A DNA stretch of 32,000 nt, taken from Pseudoalteromonas tetraodonis. Lineage in GTDB: Bacteria; Pseudomonadota; Gammaproteobacteria; Enterobacterales; Alteromonadaceae. Of the stretch, positions 17,267-27,000 are shown in pieces (position 1 is the first letter of the stretch; each line of letters starts with the position of its first letter). Under the pieces are notes generated by a model, which had not been told where the DNA came from, did not search any database, and was given only the letters and a program-made list of their open reading frames with translations. A program made the translations under genes and the position numbers. The DNA lies in the NCBI RefSeq assembly GCF_002310835.1, contig NZ_CP011041.1, positions 2,220,001-2,252,000 of the forward strand. Direction: 5' to 3'.

Positions 17267-18252
17267 TGTTATCGGTAATGCCTAAACGAATCGCAGATGA
17301 AAGTCTAGCAAGCTACCTATTACGCTTGAGCCTTCGAAATGGGTTCACCTCACCGCTCGAATGGCTTGATAAACCAATGTGGAGTGCGGTTACAAAAAAT
17401 ACAATTAGCATTAAACAACGACAGCTATTAAGTGAACTCGTACCCTGTGCTATGAGCACTAGCGACTTAAGCTTAGCACCAAAGCACTCCATACTATTTC
17501 TAGATTGTCACACTGATATGCCTCGTATTTGTCCCTATTGTGTAAAGGGCAAAGGATATCTAAAAGAAAAGTGGCGAAACATTGGTAATTTATCATGTGA
17601 GCTGCACGGTTGTGTGCTCTGCGATAGCTGTCAAGAATGTGGTGAACAACTCATTTGGTCACCTTTATTATTACAAGGTACTTGCACCAACGAGTTGTGT
17701 TTGTGCCCAATAAAAAGCTATCCGATATCTAGCCAAATAAACGAATTATTCATAGATGAAATCTGCGATTGCTTGCTAGCTAGCTTGTTTATTCAAAATC
17801 CTTACACAACTGTTTTACCCATTTACCATCATCCATCGGCATGCAACTTCAACAGCGCATTAGAGCAGGGCTTCAACTTCCTCAATGGCAAAAAAGTATA
17901 TGACCAATTTATAGAACGATTAGGTGATGCAACTAGTCCTTTTTCTCAACTTCCAGAAAAATTTCAATTCTTTCCGTTAACACTACTAATACGACACCTC
18001 AATGCAGCATGGCCTATAAATAATTGCTGCGTTAGCTTTCTCCAAACACCACAAGTATCCTCCAGCTCAAATCGACATATAGAATCATTTATCGTTACTT
18101 TTGATAGTGCGATTAAACTTCTTGGCATTACAAAAAAACAGATATTTCACACTTTACCTGAACTCTCTGCTAAAAAAGTTATACCGCAAAATCAGCAAAT
18201 AGATATTGCGGCAATAATTAATCGAACCACTATTTCTGTGGCCGATATGTAA
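17266..18252 (+). CDS. tniQ: TniQ/TnsD-family target-selection protein (short form)
   Basis: 328-aa ORF. N-terminus PKRIADESLASYLLRLSLRNGF is the typical TniQ signature. Cys clusters CPYCV...CELHGC...CQECG suggest Zn fingers. Confidence 0.8.
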   Translation: MLSVMPKRIADESLASYLLRLSLRNGFTSPLEWLDKPMWSAVTKNTISIKQRQLLSELVPCAMSTSDLSLAPKHSILFLDCHTDMPRICPYCVKGKGYLKEKWRNIGNLSCELHGCVLCDSCQECGEQLIWSPLLLQGTCTNELCLCPIKSYPISSQINELFIDEICDCLLASLFIQNPYTTVLPIYHHPSACNFNSALEQGFNFLNGKKVYDQFIERLGDATSPFSQLPEKFQFFPLTLLIRHLNAAWPINNCCVSFLQTPQVSSSSNRHIESFIVTFDSAIKLLGITKKQIFHTLPELSAKKVIPQNQQIDIAAIINRTTISVADM

Positions 18253-18254
18253 CT

Positions 18255-18443
18255 CCAAAAAGTGCCTTTTTAGAATTTCAGGTGATCATCAGCATCAATG
18301 AGAAAAGCACAATCAGACGGGTCATTTATTGGGTACCCGTAATAGTGGAAAAAAGCACTATTAGTGACAATTTCCGACACTATATTGTAAAAAAGCACTA
18401 TTATGATTTCCGTGGATTGTTGAAAAGTTATTCGATCTGGACA
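18255..18443. repeat. tniQ-distal transposon end: spaced array of TnsB-binding-site-like repeats ending ...CTGGACA
   Basis: The exact 15-mer AAAAAAGCACTATTA occurs at 18349-18363 and 18389-18403, 40 bp apart. Degenerate copies are CCAAAAAGTGCC (18255-18266), GAGAAAAGCACAATCAG (18300-18316) and GTTGAAAAGTTATTCG (18419-18434). The array ends ACA at 18441-18443, which is a TGT terminus on the other strand. Confidence 0.75.
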
Positions 18444-18939
18444 AGGAAACTGCAATCTTCATGATACTGGTTTGATTTCTCCACATTTTTCAAGATAACA
18501 AATTGATGTGTGATTTATTTTAAATATCAGCATTTTAGGTATTTCCTTGTTAAGCCGAATGGGTTGATTAATTCAACTTGAAGGTAACCATTCTTTAGGT
18601 AGGCTGAAACCCGCCTTAGGTTCTCTATTTCTATGCACGCCCCCACCATTTTTACTCTAGCTCCAGTATAGTTTGCTCATCTAGCTCATATTTGTTACTA
18701 ATACAGAGGCAATGAAGTTGAACACACAATTACGTTTGACGTTATTGTGTAGTAAACGAACCCTAACCAGTACACTGGTAGGGTTACATACAGGGACTAT
18801 ATTATGAGATTTTTGCAAACAATTCTTACTCGCAGCGGCAGCCAATTTTTCACTGCTCACGTGCGACTAAGTAAGCTACTAGATGCCACTGACTGAGATT
18901 CTCAATCCGAAAGTCAATTACCATCACAATTCTAAACAC

Positions 18940-19596
18940 CTAGCCTTGTACAGATAGAGCAGTTTTAAAAAGTAATTCACCTTTAACTCGGTTAAATGTG
19001 AGCTGCTTAAAGTGCTCAAAGCCTTGTGATTTAAAAAATTGCGTATGTTCGTCACGAGTCACAAATACCGCTATACCAGAGGACTCAGGATTGTCATGTA
19101 ATAAACCATCTAAGCCTTTAAGTAATTGGCGGCCAAACCCTTGACCATGAAAATGTGGGTCAACGGCGATAAACGCTAAAAAGTAGTAATTGCCTTGCGG
19201 CTTTAGTGCATCACGAATAGTTTTTTCTTTTTCAATTAATTGATTCGTTTGCAAATAACCGGCACTTAACATCAACTTTAATCGCCAATGCCAATAACGC
19301 TCTGCTTGAAGTTGGCTACTTGACTCAAATACACAAGCAACTGCTTTTAACTTATCGTTACGGTAAAGGCCAATTAAAGGCTGTTTTTCTTGCCAAAAGC
19401 TACTGAGCTCTTCGCGAATAAGCGCACGGAGTTTTTTTTCATAGTCCAGAGGGCTTTTTTCGTTATACCCTAGCAGAGTTTGTAAAATAGGGTCATTTTG
19501 GTAGGCCTGATATATAAGGCTTGCAGCGGTACTGATATCTTCTGGTGCAATATGTTGCACGCTAAACGTGTCTGTGGATTCTGCTGTGGCTGTCAT
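18940..19596 (-). CDS. GNAT-family N-acetyltransferase
   Basis: 218-aa ORF with acetyl-CoA binding motif A-like VDPHFHGQGFGRQLL. Confidence 0.7.
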   Translation of the reverse strand: MTATAESTDTFSVQHIAPEDISTAASLIYQAYQNDPILQTLLGYNEKSPLDYEKKLRALIREELSSFWQEKQPLIGLYRNDKLKAVACVFESSSQLQAERYWHWRLKLMLSAGYLQTNQLIEKEKTIRDALKPQGNYYFLAFIAVDPHFHGQGFGRQLLKGLDGLLHDNPESSGIAVFVTRDEHTQFFKSQGFEHFKQLTFNRVKGELLFKTALSVQG

Positions 19597-19891
19597 TTTA
19601 TTTCCTTTATTATTTTATACCCTTTGTCATTACGCCGCGTAACTTGTTTGGGATTAATTTTGAACTACAACGATGACCAAATGCTCATATAACTATATAC
19701 CTAAGTGGGGCAAATAAGCGAATTTACATTTTAGTTAGTACGCTCATCCACTGCATTGAGTCAGATCATGCTTTAGCGACTTACTACTGAGTAAATAAAG
19801 CGTAAATTCAGTAAGGGTTAAACTGGCTAGATATATCATTCCCCCCTAGAGTTAATAAGTATTAAGTATTAATTCATTAAGGAGCACGATT

Positions 19892-20128
19892 ATGGATACG
19901 ACTAAGCACGACATAAATACATTGTTCGCACAATTAGGGTTACCTAATACAGAAGCAGAAATAGATGCATTTATTGCATCGCATGCCATTTCGGATACCA
20001 CATTATTGCAAGATGCTCCCTTTTGGGATGAAGCCCAACAACACTTTATTGCTGAATCGCTGGCGGTTGATGGCGATTGGAGTGAGGTAATTGACGAACT
20101 CGACTCTCGCCTTCGTCAAAATAATTAA
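19892..20128 (+). CDS. DUF2789-family small protein
   Basis: 78-aa ORF preceded by SD AAGGAG. The pattern LFAQLGLPNTEAEIDAFIASH...APFWDEAQQHFI...DWSEVIDELDSRL matches my recollection of DUF2789. Confidence 0.6.
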   Translation: MDTTKHDINTLFAQLGLPNTEAEIDAFIASHAISDTTLLQDAPFWDEAQQHFIAESLAVDGDWSEVIDELDSRLRQNN

Positions 20129-20174
20129 ATCGCACATTTTAATGTGTCTGAGCCACTTTATTGTTACCATACCT

Positions 20175-20210
20175 GCTCGCAACTTCCATGTTGCGAGCTT
20201 ACTTTATTAA
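20175..20210 (+). terminator. intrinsic terminator after the DUF2789 gene
   Basis: GCTCGCAAC-TTCCAT-GTTGCGAGC (20175-20198) followed by TTACTTTATT. Confidence 0.65.
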
Positions 20211-20225
20211 AGAGTTATAAATCGA

Positions 20226-20492
20226 ATGAATGCTGCTGTATTTGAAGCTATTAAAGTCCTTCTTGATGAAGGCAAAGTCCCCACTGTTGCACTAACTAAA
20301 AGCCGTTTAGTAAAACCACTTCCTATGCCGGTTATTATTGCAGCAGTGAGTCAATATAAAAATAATCCCGATTCAATTTATAATTTAATGAAAACACCCG
20401 AGCAAGCAAGTAACTCAGATCCTAAAAACACTCAGTTAGATAGAATTGAGCAAAAACTTGACCGATTACTTGCTTTGCTAGAGCAAAAATAA
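20226..20492 (+). CDS. hypothetical small protein
   Basis: 88-aa ORF, 13 bp upstream of and co-directional with the Zn-ribbon gene. No motif recognised. Confidence 0.5.
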   Translation: MNAAVFEAIKVLLDEGKVPTVALTKSRLVKPLPMPVIIAAVSQYKNNPDSIYNLMKTPEQASNSDPKNTQLDRIEQKLDRLLALLEQK

Positions 20493-20505
20493 TTTGAGAC
20501 TATAA

Positions 20506-21279
20506 ATGTTTGTTGTTGATTTAACATTTGATTGCTACCAAGACACAACCCTAGAGCAAGCCGAGCAGGCAATAAACCGCTTAGTGAATGCATTACGCTT
20601 TAATGGCCAAATCATTGGAGAGGAATTTCCAACGGTTTTAAAAGATGGCTATTTTATTACTCGTGTAATGTGCCCGACCGAAGACGCCATGCACCCACTT
20701 AATAACAGTGCGTTTGTTAAACACAGTGTTGAAAAGCTTCATGGCGCTGGTTTGCTTGCTCCCAAAGTAAAGGTCATCGGTCAAGATATTCACTCCAATG
20801 GCGCCGATGGCTGTAAAGAGCCATCAAGCTATATTTTATACACCACCTATGTGCATACATGTAGCCCACTGTATTGTGGCGATGACTTTTTACCCGTGCC
20901 GCTATTTAAGATTCCTGCGATTGCTAATGGTGACTATAAAACACTAATTAAATGGCAAGAAGATTGGCAAGCGTGCGATCAAATTCAAATTAATGGTGCA
21001 ACACGCTGTGAATTTCCAGCGCTTGAAGAAATAGCCAGCACCCAAAGTGATTTATACCGCCGTGGTAAAGATATAACTAAACGGATTAGTTTTTTAACTA
21101 AAAAGCCTGTTTACTATTATTTATACCGTGTAGGGGGGGTTGATAAAGCCTCTGAACTTGAGCGTAAATGCCCGAGTTGCCATGGTGAATGGAAATTACC
21201 CGAGCCATGGTTTGGCTTGTTTGATTTTAGGTGTGAACCGTGTGGTTTAGTCTCTAATATTTCGTGGGATTTTCAATAA
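20506..21279 (+). CDS. Zn-ribbon-containing protein (DUF2310/COG3529-like)
   Basis: 257-aa ORF. The C-terminal CPSCHGEW...FRCEPCG forms a CxxC...CxxC ribbon. Family name is from recollection. Confidence 0.5.
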   Translation: MFVVDLTFDCYQDTTLEQAEQAINRLVNALRFNGQIIGEEFPTVLKDGYFITRVMCPTEDAMHPLNNSAFVKHSVEKLHGAGLLAPKVKVIGQDIHSNGADGCKEPSSYILYTTYVHTCSPLYCGDDFLPVPLFKIPAIANGDYKTLIKWQEDWQACDQIQINGATRCEFPALEEIASTQSDLYRRGKDITKRISFLTKKPVYYYLYRVGGVDKASELERKCPSCHGEWKLPEPWFGLFDFRCEPCGLVSNISWDFQ

Positions 21280-21335
21280 ATCCCACGCTTAAGGTGCTAT
21301 GTCTAAAAACATCACACCTTAAAACTACCTTATAA

Positions 21336-21875
21336 TTATACTGTCAACGATGCTATAAATTCACTGAGGTTTTTGGCAAGTACATGATGTGGCTTTTTAC
21401 CTACATACTCTAAGCACACCTCACCTGTTTCTACTAATACGGTAACAAGCAAATCGTCTTGGTCGGTTAACCCAATAAATACACTTGGCGCTTGTTTGAG
21501 TTTACGTTTCATTAAAACATGGCCAGTGATATTTTGTTGCAGTAGGTCAAAATCATCTTCATTCCATGCTTGTAATAATTCCACTTGATGTCCGTCAATA
21601 TTGGCTACAACACTGCCAGCAAACATATGACCATAAAATTGACTCAACGCCTCTGGAAACTCAAGCTCCAATGCGTTAGCGAGATCGGTTAATGAACCTG
21701 TAGGCTCTCTAACTATCGCTTGCCATTGGATCATGCCATGTTCATCGGCGCTACCTATTTCACATGGGCTTGGCCATTGCTCATCGTGGACGATTAATGG
21801 GCGCTTTTGTGTATTAGTAATCGTTTGTTCGCTAAATTTTTCGTGAAGTTGAGCTAATTGCATTGCAACAGACAT
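21336..21875 (-). CDS. syd: SecY-interacting protein Syd
   Basis: Collinear by eye with E. coli Syd (WPSPCEI..., FAGS...LLQAWNEDDFDLLQQNITGHVLMKRKLK..., NLSEFI). The start was moved to the internal Met MSVAMQLAQL (21875), giving about 180 aa. Divergent from queF, as in enterobacteria. Confidence 0.8.
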   Translation of the reverse strand: MSVAMQLAQLHEKFSEQTITNTQKRPLIVHDEQWPSPCEIGSADEHGMIQWQAIVREPTGSLTDLANALELEFPEALSQFYGHMFAGSVVANIDGHQVELLQAWNEDDFDLLQQNITGHVLMKRKLKQAPSVFIGLTDQDDLLVTVLVETGEVCLEYVGKKPHHVLAKNLSEFIASLTV

Positions 21876-21934
21876 ACTGTGAAACTCATTTAATTTATAT
21901 ATAATGCATCCATTGTAACTATTTAAGAGCAAAC

Positions 21935-22780
21935 ATGACAGATTACAGCAATTCTCCCGATCTTAAAGGCAGCGTACTTGGTCAATCTACTGAGTATGTC
22001 GATCAATACACGCCCAGCTTGCTTTTTCCTATTGCTCGCAAGCTTAATCGCGATTCATTAAGTATTGATGAAACTGCGCTGCCGTTTAAAGGCCAAGACA
22101 TATGGACAGGTTACGAACTGTCTTGGTTAAATACTAAAGGTAAGCCTCAAGTTGCGGTGGCATTGTTTACTTTCGAATGTCAAAGTAGTCATATTATTGA
22201 ATCAAAGTCGTTTAAGCTTTATTTAAACAGCTTTAATCAAAGCCGTTTTGGGAGTATTGAAATTGTTAAACAACATTTAATTGACGACTTATCCAATGCG
22301 GTAAACAGCCCTGTAAAGGTAACCTTATACAGCGCTGATGACTACAATTGTATTCCTTGCACACCGCTTCCAGGTGAGTGTATTGATGAGTTAGATATTG
22401 AGATAGATAACTACCATATTGATGCCCATTCACTTAAATCACAAAGCAATAAAATAGTCACCGAAACTTTGCATAGCCACTTGCTTAAGTCTAACTGTTT
22501 AATTACTTCACAACCGGATTGGGCGAGTATTATTATTCGCTATACCGGTGAGCAAGTTTGTCGTGAGTCATTATTACGCTATTTAATTTCATTTAGAACT
22601 CACAATGAGTTTCATGAGCAATGTGTGGAACGTATTTACAGCGACTTAACCACTCAACTCCATATTAAAGAACTTGAAGTATACGCTCGTTATACGCGCC
22701 GTGGTGGGCTTGATATAAACCCATATCGCTCAACACATTATAACGAAACCCCATTTTCGGTAAAAATAAACCGTCAATAA
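21935..22780 (+). CDS. queF: NADPH-dependent 7-cyano-7-deazaguanine (preQ0) reductase, two-domain type
   Basis: 281-aa ORF with YqcD-like length. Motifs [16 protein letters not shown] and HEFHEQC are characteristic of QueF. Confidence 0.88.
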   Translation: MTDYSNSPDLKGSVLGQSTEYVDQYTPSLLFPIARKLNRDSLSIDETALPFKGQDIWTGYELSWLNTKGKPQVAVALFTFECQSSHIIESKSFKLYLNSFNQSRFGSIEIVKQHLIDDLSNAVNSPVKVTLYSADDYNCIPCTPLPGECIDELDIEIDNYHIDAHSLKSQSNKIVTETLHSHLLKSNCLITSQPDWASIIIRYTGEQVCRESLLRYLISFRTHNEFHEQCVERIYSDLTTQLHIKELEVYARYTRRGGLDINPYRSTHYNETPFSVKINRQ

Positions 22781-22798
22781 GTGTCGCGTTACCTTAAC

Positions 22799-22826
22799 AA
22801 AAAAGGAGCCTGAGGCTCCTTTTTTA
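22799..22826. terminator. bidirectional intrinsic terminator between queF and the PPIase gene
   Basis: AAAAAA-GGAGCC-TGA-GGCTCC-TTTTTT. It overlaps the stop of 22824..23708. Confidence 0.85.
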
Positions 22827-23708
22827 GTCATTAAGTTGCTTAGTTGGCACCGCCATGCCACACACATCAATATAATTATGGCTGTACGCAAACCATTCTT
22901 CGCTGCGGTTACCCCTAGCAATAATTAATTGTTTGAATGAATCAGAGTCTGTTTTCATTACTTTAAATTGGCTGCTATCGTCTGCTACATCCGCTAATAC
23001 TTGTAGATCAGTAATGGGGTTAAACTCGGTATTCTCAGTTGGCGTTCGCACTAGCTGATGAAAATGTGCCATGCCTTTAAGCACCCGACCAAACACGGTA
23101 ATATTTTTGTCTAAATAACGCGGCCCTTGACCTATGGTGACAAAAAACTCACTGCTGGCACTGTTTATATCGTTATCGCGCGCCATTGCAAATATGCCAT
23201 GACAATGGACTTGCCACGTTTGTGTATGCGCTTGGTTTTGTGCAACCGCAAAGCCACCTAAAAACCCCGTTACGGGTGCATAACCATCACTGCCCATCTC
23301 GGTTATTGAAAGTGGCTCAGTGGTGGTTAAATAAAATTCCGCTGGCACCGTGTTATCTTTAGTTTTGGCTAACTTTTTACCCGTACTATCGCCACCTTGA
23401 GCTACAAACCCTTCAACAAAACGGTAAATGTGAGTACCTTGATAAAAGCCTTGTCTTGCCAGTTTTTTAATATTCGCAGTGTGTTTAGGCGCAAGTTTGG
23501 GGTTAAGCTCAATATATGCGGCGCCTGTGGGCAGGGTTAACTTTAGAATATTCTCTGATTCGACCCATCGCCATTCATCATCTTTAGCCGCCGCAATAAT
23601 CTCACTGCTTGTTAGCTTTTTAGCCGATGAGGCTGGTGATTGAGTACTGTGCTGGGCACACCCACCTAACAAGGCCGACACTAAAAGGGTCACTACACAC
23701 TTTTTCAT
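22824..23708 (-). CDS. cyclophilin-type peptidyl-prolyl cis-trans isomerase, lipoprotein
   Basis: 294-aa ORF. Lipobox LLGGC at the N-terminus. Cyclophilin motifs YRFVEGFVAQGGD and FAMARDNDINSASSEFFVTIG. Confidence 0.8.
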   Translation of the reverse strand: MKKCVVTLLVSALLGGCAQHSTQSPASSAKKLTSSEIIAAAKDDEWRWVESENILKLTLPTGAAYIELNPKLAPKHTANIKKLARQGFYQGTHIYRFVEGFVAQGGDSTGKKLAKTKDNTVPAEFYLTTTEPLSITEMGSDGYAPVTGFLGGFAVAQNQAHTQTWQVHCHGIFAMARDNDINSASSEFFVTIGQGPRYLDKNITVFGRVLKGMAHFHQLVRTPTENTEFNPITDLQVLADVADDSSQFKVMKTDSDSFKQLIIARGNRSEEWFAYSHNYIDVCGMAVPTKQLND

Positions 23709-23733
23709 ACCTTTCCTTTTTATTGTTATCTAT

Positions 23734-24001
23734 TAGGGTCTGTTGACCTTTCAAGGTTAAATTTGCAGCAGCCTGTTTGGTATTTAGGCAAGGCAGAGCC
23801 TATGTGGTGTGGTTATTCCCCATAAATAGGCGATAACGCAGCATCAATGCCAAACAGGCGCTGCCCTTCGGGTTCTGCCTAGGGGCAATTTACTCTTTGT
23901 TACTCGGTTTTTACTTAGCCCACTAGGTTACAAACCTCGCGCCGCGATTAAACCGCCCCTAGTTTGAACAAATTTTAATCCGCAAAGGTCAACAGACCCT
24001 A
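23734..24001. mobile_element. MITE-like element with about 18-bp perfect (about 30-bp imperfect) terminal inverted repeats and TA flanks
   Basis: The left end TAGGGTCTGTTGACCTTT (23734-23751) is the exact reverse complement of the right end AAAGGTCAACAGACCCTA (23984-24001). The interior contains further long stem pairs (CCTGTTTGG/CCAAACAGG, CTAGGGGC/GCCCCTAG). No ORF. Confidence 0.75.
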
Positions 24002-27000
24002 GTCCCAATCAAACTTATACAGTATGTCTACGTTTTGGTATAAGCCACTGGTTATTTCTATGTATAGTTTAGAGAGTAACTGGTAGCGCACAGCCACTTC
24101 ACTGAGTGAGTCGAACACCCCGACACTGTACTTAACCTGTAAGCTTGGGGCTATATAACCCGATATTTCTACTTTTGTTTGTTCACCACTGCCTTTAGAG
24201 CTTAAGCTTACATCAGATAAACCAAAGGTTTCACCCACCTTAGAAACCACTCCCTCACTGCGACTCACACCTTGCGAAAGTAATAGCTGAGTTAACATAG
24301 CATCTGTAGAGCTGTCGCCCTCTCCTAATGGTTGCCCATTGAGTAAATAGGCTAAGGCTTGGGCTTGATCCATCGCAGGCTCAGAAAATACTTTTAACGT
24401 AGGTTGCTCAACACTGCCGGTTAAAGTCACCCCGGCAATCACACCATCAGCGGTATTATCTGGGTTACGAATCGCTTTAATGTTGAGATACGGTTTGTCG
24501 ATTGCGCCACTAAAACCTACTTGCCCTGTTCTAATTATCAAGTCTTGCCCGAAGGCTAAATACGTCCCTTCTATTAAATTAAGCTCTCCGGTTGCAATAA
24601 TTGGCGTACCTTGGCTCATTTTAAGCGCTAAATCACCAGTTACTTTAGACTTGAGTCCAAACGATTCGACTTTTACATCATTTTTTACTGTTACTTTTAA
24701 GTCTACATCATAATCAAAAGGGACTTTTTTAGCCGCTTGTGTTTTTTGATCAATAATTATTTCATCATCGCTTACTTGCACCGCGCCCTCGGGCAGCTCT
24801 TCAATTTCTATACGTCCATAAGGCACAACCACTTCACCGACAAGGTTAAGCGCGTTATCTGCTATGCCGATTTTTAGATCGGGTGATACTTTAAATATCA
24901 CACCCTGCTGCGCTCTAACAAAAAACTCATTGCCAACAACTGCAACATTAACCGCGGGTTGCTCACCTTGCCAATCAACATCACCGGTAAGTTTAACTTG
25001 CCCGCCTTGAGGATCACTTAAGTTACCTTTAATCGTTGCCGTGGTTTTATTAAATAAAATATGTATATTAGAGTCTTTAAGTGCAACGGGTAATTGCTCT
25101 CCCTCTAAATTAATGTCTGCTATATTAAGCTCACCATCTAACTGAGGATCTTTGAGCGTTCCTGCTAATGTAACCTGTCCGCTGATTGCCCCTTTAAGTT
25201 GCTCAAGCGTATCTAAAAATGGCTGAATGTCTGAGAGTAAAATTTTATCTATATTAACGTTACCAGAGAGTGTTTGTGTATTTTGAATGTCGTCAATATT
25301 TATATCGGTAGCTATTTTACCTAACACACTGGATGCCAAGTTAGCTTCAATTTTACCAACCTGCGAATCTGAAAAAGCACGAATACTGAGTGTTTCTATT
25401 GGGAGTTTAAATCGATCCTCTTCTGAGGTTAGCACTGCATTTAATCCATTAGAATTTACATTGGCTCTGAGTGTTTTAAGTGCACCTGACTGCCAATTAG
25501 CAGCAAAATCACCTGTTAAGTCTCCGCGTGTGCGAATATTATCTGGTAATAAGTGCTTAAGCTCTGCAAGTGAGAGGTTAGCAAGCTTTGCATTAAACTG
25601 CCCTAGCGCTTTTGTTTGCGACAAGGTATCTATACACAACTTACTTTGAGCTGATTGCCAACAATGAGCGCTCACATCAAAATCCCCGTTTTGTGTATTC
25701 ACCATAACGGATATTTTTTTAGTATTATTAAAACTCAGCTTTTTATCACTAAGGGTTATGTCACTTAGCTCACCATTCCAAATGGCATTTTTCATTTTGC
25801 CATTAAGCTCAAGTTCCACCGCGCCTTTTTCGGCATCAATCGACGCGCTAAGTTGATGATCTGTTTTATCACCACTGGCAGCTATGTTTATATTATTAAT
25901 TTGCTGCCCAGCGACCAGTGCAGATGCAACATTAACACTGAGATCAGTTTGCCAATCAGCGGCCGTATCTAGTTGAGATTTTATAGCAAGTTTATTAATG
26001 TTTATCTCATTAAAAATAAAACGATCTAGTATGACGGCTAAGTTAACCGAAGGGGTTAATCTGTTGCCGCGTACTTTTAAATCCGCTTTACCGTTAGCAA
26101 TAAAAGGAAGATTAGCCTGCTCATCACTATTAAGCGTGATATCACCGTCAACTTGCCATGTATCATCTACCTGCCCATTCAAAGTTAACTTGTTAGCACC
26201 ACTACTTAAATAAAAACTATCGATATCCGCTTTTAATTGATTATCTAACTTAAAGTTTGCAGCAAACTCTAAGGGAACGTTGTTTAAAAAGCCAGCTAGC
26301 TTAGTATTGTTCATTTGTAGCTGCCAGGTATCGACTTGGGCGTTAAATACGCCTTTAAACGTCCCTGAAACATCACTGGTTAGGGCATCGGTTAAGTATT
26401 GCGCTTTTAAATTTGATAAAACGCCGGTAAAGTCCGCTTTAATTCCCTGTTGCCAATCAAGCTGTGCTTGAATATTCGCAGCGCTATCGTTAGTTTTTAA
26501 AGCAAGCGTTTCAAGCGTTGCCTTGGTTAGTGTGCCTTTTAGCTGAGCATTTAAATCTACACTTGGATAAGCATCTAGCTGAGTATTACCCGTTAAACTT
26601 AATTCATAGTCGTTAGCATTACCTTGGGCACTTAAATTGATGTTTTTAACCTTTAGCTCATTATTTTGTGTATTAATAAGCCATTGATTAATTTTGCCAT
26701 TAACACTAAAGGGATAGTTTTTCTGTTTGAGGTTGGCTGTTGCTCTCAAATTTAAAGGAAATAATCCTGTGGTATCAAGCGCAATGTTAAGCTTGGCTAG
26801 ATCACCATTTATATCAAGAGTAGCTCCGTGTTCATTCCCTTTTAAGCTAATGTTGCCGTTAATAGGCATAGCCCCTTCCAGTGTTGCATCAAGCTGAGTA
26901 TTTAACTGCCACTGCTGATAACCTGCCGATAGTGACTGTACTTTAATAGTGGCATCTTCTACGCTCATTTGCAGGGCAATATCATCAATTGAATAGTGTT

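Larger units (their letters stand above)
13386..18443 (+). mobile_element. Tn7-like transposon core (tnsA-tnsB-tnsC-tniQ) with no recognisable cargo; right boundary good, left boundary tentative
   Basis: Four translationally coupled transposition genes, with TAATG overlaps at 14384 and 17266. They are flanked by related repeat clusters. The tniQ-distal terminus reads 5'-TGTCCAGATCGAATAACTTTTCAAC on the minus strand. Confidence 0.7.

Noticed and set aside
18255-18443. Possible CRISPR array or guide-RNA locus downstream of tniQ
   Set aside because: The repeats are short (about 15-30 bp), degenerate and irregularly spaced at 31-47 bp. They lack unique spacer-like units and end at a TGT/ACA terminus. 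They behave like transposase binding sites, and no cas gene is present.
18270-18464. Track ORFs 18270..18455 (-) and 18282..18464 (+), about 60 aa each
   Set aside because: They lie entirely within the transposon end repeats, overlap each other on opposite strands, and have no SD or recognisable motifs.
18620-18653. tRNA or 4.5S RNA gene suggested by GCCCCCACCA followed by a T-run
   Set aside because: No T-arm (GTTCRANYC), no D-arm and no complementary 5' acceptor strand (GGGGGCGTGC) could be found upstream. At most it is a remnant. It is kept only as part of the low-interest gap finding.
18804-18896. 30-aa ORF MRFLQTILTRSGSQFFTAHVRLSKLLDATD
   Set aside because: No Shine-Dalgarno sequence, no motif, and a size expected by chance in a 500-bp gap.
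21876-21932. 19-codon N-terminal extension of syd ([19 protein letters not shown])
   Set aside because: E. coli Syd is about 181 aa, and the alignment starts near MSVAMQLAQL. The extension would leave only 2 bp for the divergent queF/syd promoters.
19498-22921. ORFs 19498..19692 (+) and 22730..22921 (-)
   Set aside because: They overlap the GNAT 5' end and the queF/PPIase 3' ends respectively, crossing a terminator in the second case. No support.
24480-26471. Four plus-strand ORFs (63-120 aa) inside tamB, and 28266..28547 inside tamA
   Set aside because: They are shadow ORFs antisense to long, well-supported genes. They have Ser/Leu/Cys-rich composition and no start context.
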